A DNA stretch of 54,562 nucleotides, the filler included, from Jimgerdemannia flammicorona (Eukaryota), in NCBI GenBank assembly GCA_003990765.1. It is 2 parts of 2 records of this genome, joined end to end, with 100 filler letters (N's around TTAATTAATTAA, not from the genome) between each part and the next. Parts side by side here need not be neighbours in the genome. Positions count along the whole stretch, not along the records: positions 27,333 to 54,562 come from RBNJ01000651.1; 1 more part is not named here. One strand, written 5' to 3'. The first letter of the stretch is position 1; every line of letters starts with the position of its first letter. Both the position numbers and the translations under genes were made by a program. Positions 50,701-54,562 of this stretch are shown here, one piece after another. The notes under the pieces are model-generated. The model saw nothing but the letters and a program-made list of their open reading frames with translations. It was not told the origin of the DNA and made no database searches.

Positions 50701-53700
50701 AGGGTTTCACCTATTTGCTGATTTAACTGGAGTATTTCTTTCTTTGAATGAAGTTTGTCTCACTTGTTGCAGATATGGAGGTCAAATTGTCCTTGTACAT
50801 CAGGTTCAATTCTCTCCAGATTGTCAGATGGTTCAAGATAAATTCCAGTTCAGAGGTTGGGCTTTATACCAACTTATAGGAATTCTCAGAAGGGTTTGTA
50901 GTGGGGTGAGGAAGTGTCTTGAAGTGGAATTGGATTGTAAACTGCTGCTACCAAGTTGTAAGAGGGTTGCTTTTTAGGGTAACCATTACATAGTTCTGAA
51001 AGGATTTTCTGGAAGTTCTGGATATTCTGGAAGACTGTTTTCTTATGGTCAAGATCAATTTTATATGAAGTATATCCTCTATACTTATTGATTTCAAGTT
51101 TGGGTTGACATCTCAACCAAAGTTCTATTTCGGACTAGTTCTGGATGTTCAGGATTTTCCATATTTCAGGAAGTTTAAGAAACTAAGACCAGCTTAGTTG
51201 AATTGGCATATTGCTGCAGACAATACCCAATTAGGAAATTTCATGATGGGGTTAGGAGTGGGGGGTGGGTTTACTTAAGAGTGGTTTGTGGGTTATTAAA
51301 TAGGTTTATTCGCTATTTATAATATTGCTATACTAGGAGTAGTTGAGTAAAGGAATATTATGGGAAAGTGCTCAGAAGTTGTATTCAGATTGTTCAAGTC
51401 TTTCAAGTCTGAGATTCTGAGGTCTGGGGGAGGGAGTATTTATACTAGTGAGGGGTTATCTGGACTATACTGAATATAGATATGTATAGTACTAAGTGCC
51501 TTACTGAGTCGGAATACAGTCATGTAGTACAAGTGTGATCTGATATATCAAAAGATCATCTGACTGCTGAGTCAGTTCACAGTCACATAGTATAAGGCTA
51601 ATCTAACTATACTATGACTGCTAAGCTATTTATAGGTTTAGACACTGTCTGGGTAGTCTTCGATGACATCACTATTGATGACATCATCACTGGCAAAGTC
51701 TGAGCAGTTTTCTGACTTCTGATATCATTAGTTTCAAGGTGTCATTACTTTTATCTCTTGCAAGATTAAGACTATCCTTGGTGGTAGTGGTTATATAAGG
51801 ATAACAGGTCTTGGTTCTCTTTTTTTTTGGTCTGCTGGTATATTTGCGAGAACTGGCCATTCTCATCTAAGGTGAGGGCTCTCAATGTTATGGCTGAGGG
51901 TTCAAACCTCTCAGAAATGATATTTTCTGTAATCTGAGGCAATTTCTAGTAGTAATATCTGTCATGTGGATGGCTTGAGATTGGTTTTGACAATGTCGGC
52001 TTTCTTGAGTTCAGATGAAGTGTCCATCACTCTCCAATGGAGGTGATACAGATAGAGTGAACAAAATTATTCAAATGTGTTTTGCTTCTACTAAGTAATG
52101 AGGTCTTGTATAGTCACAGTGTATCTTGGTCTTGAGTTGATAAGTACAGTTCATGAACCTTTTAGTAGATGAGATAGAGTTCTTCTTGTCTCAATTTGAG
52201 TTTGGTACTTTTAGTTTCCTTTTGTAATAGTACAGTATACCAAACTAGTTATAGTGGTTCAGAGTCAGTCTTATGGTTGTAGTACTTCTTCTAGTATTCT
52301 TATATCTTAGCAGTGGGTTCTTGTACTTACTGGCATATTTTGTGTAACCAGATGATCTCTTGTTTTGTAGTCTCACATGTGGTTTCCAAATTAGTTCTGT
52401 GGATGCCATGCAATTTTGGTGGCTTAGAGGTTGTATGCTTATAATCAGTTTCTGTATCACCCAGATCTTATTTAAGAAAATTGAATCAACTCTGACAGTC
52501 AAAGAAGTCCCTGAACTACTGCTTACTATCTGAGAATTTAAAGGATTTGACTCATCAAACAAGGCTTCAGCCCAATCCACTATAAATAAAGAAGAATAAT
52601 TCTATAAGAAAATTGAAGATGGATTTATACTAAGTAGCCAATACCCTCATGACATTGGAATGTACTCTTCTCAAATAATCAATAATTGCTTCTCTTGTAT
52701 CAATGAACTAGTCTAAAGAAGAACCAACAGAAGAAAAACTCCTACAACCAAAATCACTACCATTAGATCAGACAAACTACTTATACTCTAAGCTTTTATC
52801 AATAGAGCATCTGTCAAGATAATGATAGACAGTGGTGTCTCAGATAACTTCATCAATAAAAAAACAGCCAACAGACTCAAGATCCTGACCTCTCCAGTAT
52901 AACAGACTCAAGCAGTTGTCATAGCTAATGGAACCTCCTATGTTATTAGTAAGGAAGTCCACAACCTACCCTTCTGAATTGGTGACTACTGAGTATATAT
53001 TATATTCTAGATCATACTACTTCCTGACAATGAAATCATCCTTAGGACCCCATGGTTAAAATAAGAAAACCTAATGATTGGTTGAGTAAACCATTCTCTG
53101 ACCATCAAGAAAGAATGCTACAACTTCAAACTGCAAGATAAAAAAGACCCACTCAGTTCTAATAACTCTGGCCCAAAGATCACTCACATCAATAAGCTAC
53201 AATTCAAAAAATTGGCCAAGAAATGCTCTCTCTTTACTATCTCCATCTGACTATCCAAAAAAGAACCCAAGAATCTTAAAGAAGACTTTTTCAAAGTTGA
53301 CAGCCATGTCAGACCATTACTTCAGAAATTCTGAGATATATTTCCAAAGAAACTCTCAAAAGACTTATCACCTAAATGAGCAGTAGATTATGTCATCAAG
53401 ATCATCTCAGATACCAAGCCTGCCTTCAAGTCAATCTACTATATATCTCCTAGAGAAATTGATATACTTAAGAAAGAAATTGACAAACTTCTAGTATAAG
53501 GATTCATTAGATCTAGTATATCACCCTATAGTGTACCAGTCCTCTTTGTTGTCAAGAAAGGAGAAGACCTATGAATGTATATTGATTATCATAACCTCAA
53601 CAAACAGACTATCAAGAACTGTTGTCCACTATTCTGAATCAATGAAATATTCAATAGACTTACCAATCTACAGTTTATGAGCTCTTTTAATCTGTAAAAT

Positions 53701-54303
53701 AGTTACTAGCAAATTGTGATAAAAGAAGAAGATATCTACAAGACAGCCTTCCAAACTTACTATAGATATTTCAAGTTCTTGGTTATACTCTTTGGCTTAA
53801 CTAATGCTCCTGCAACCTTTCAGATACTAATGAATACTATCCTGCACTCATATCTAGACAAATTTGTGATTATCTATATTAATAATATCCTAGTCTTCAG
53901 TAAAATCCTGGAGGAATATCTCAAATATCTTGAACTAGTACTACTGAAGCTTTAAGAAAACCAACTCTTTGCAAAACTCAGTAAATATGAATTTCTCCTA
54001 AAGGAAATTCAATTCCTTAGACATATTATCACTCTTAATAGAATTAAAGTAAATCTCAGCAAAATCTCTACAATCAAGAATTGGCCCAGACCCAAGAAGC
54101 TAAAAGATCTCTAGTTATTCCTAGGACTAGCAAACTATTATTAGCAATTTATTGCCAACTTTACCAAGATCACTACTGCCCTTATCCAAATGACCAAGTA
54201 TAGCAAGAAAGAAAAACAGCTCTAGATCATAAAATAAGAAAAAGACTTCAACAATCTTGTAAATTGGAGATCTGAACAAGATATAGCCTTTCAAGCTCTA
54301 AAG
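41718..54303 (+). mobile_element. Older, strongly AT-decayed element A copy (5' LTR 41718-43764, gag, dUTPase, PR, RT), interrupted at 46074-52443 and again at 54304
   Basis: Reverse-complement similarity to 5580-11885; accessory ORF copy 4 at 41985-43079; dUTPase frame continues across the nested insertion. Confidence 0.92.
46074..52443 (-). mobile_element. Non-autonomous derivative A' (gag-dUTPase-PR only; RT, RH and IN deleted) with variant 1.49-kb LTRs (46074-47563 and 50957-52443)
   Basis: Perfect TSD ATCAG at 46069-46073 and 52444-52448; PBS near 50941-50953; PPT 47564-47580; pre-RT sequence joined to pre-chromodomain sequence near 47740. Confidence 0.93.
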
Positions 54304-54562
54304 TAGTGCTCCGAACGAATGGAGTTGATCCGGATGAGATTTGATTCAGATTCGTCATGTGATGGATTCAAATCAACTCGGATTGATCCATCTGGATTGA
54401 CCCATCTGGATTGACCCATCCGGATTGATCCATTTGGATTGAAATCTTTGGTGACGTCACCCTTTCTTTTGTTCATTTCGCTCTTGTTTTTTTTTCCTGC
54501 CGCACTTTGGTGACATCACCCTTTCCTTTGTTCCCTCTCCTTTCTTTGTTCTTTTTCTTTGT
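54304..54562. mobile_element. Terminus of a younger hAT-like DNA transposon or MITE
   Basis: TAGTGCTCCGAACGA start resembling the decayed TAGTGCTTTAAATGA at 40646; ggattgacccatc tandem units; interrupts element A RT/RH. Confidence 0.55.

Overview
Repeat-rich eukaryotic DNA, most likely from an early-diverging (Mucoromycota-like) fungus; the taxon is inferred from the intron-rich genes and a TOP3 that keeps its C-terminal zinc fingers. A compact, CpG-rich gene island at about 29.9-39.8 kb holds MND1, LYRM2, an RPC34 pseudo-exon, TOP3(A) and THG1. It is flanked by nested, C>T/G>A-decayed transposons. Left side: a Ty1/copia relic hosts Ty3/gypsy element B, whose protease is split by a complete dUTPase-bearing chromovirus (element A, 2.1-kb LTRs). 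A solo-LTR-like element C and LINE fragments are also present. Right side: a hAT relic hosts another A copy, which hosts a non-autonomous A derivative with a swapped U3. Main finding: three different LTR families (A, B, C) each encode a member of what appears to be one uncharacterised accessory protein family, with a Q-[IL]-x5-IG-x2-L ... T-x-[LM]-x7-A-x-[KR]-x3-[LI]-[FY] core and an acidic tail. It sits in the env position in B and inside the LTR U3 in A and C. The copies are broken by C>T-type stops, so the ORF track shows them only in pieces or not at all.
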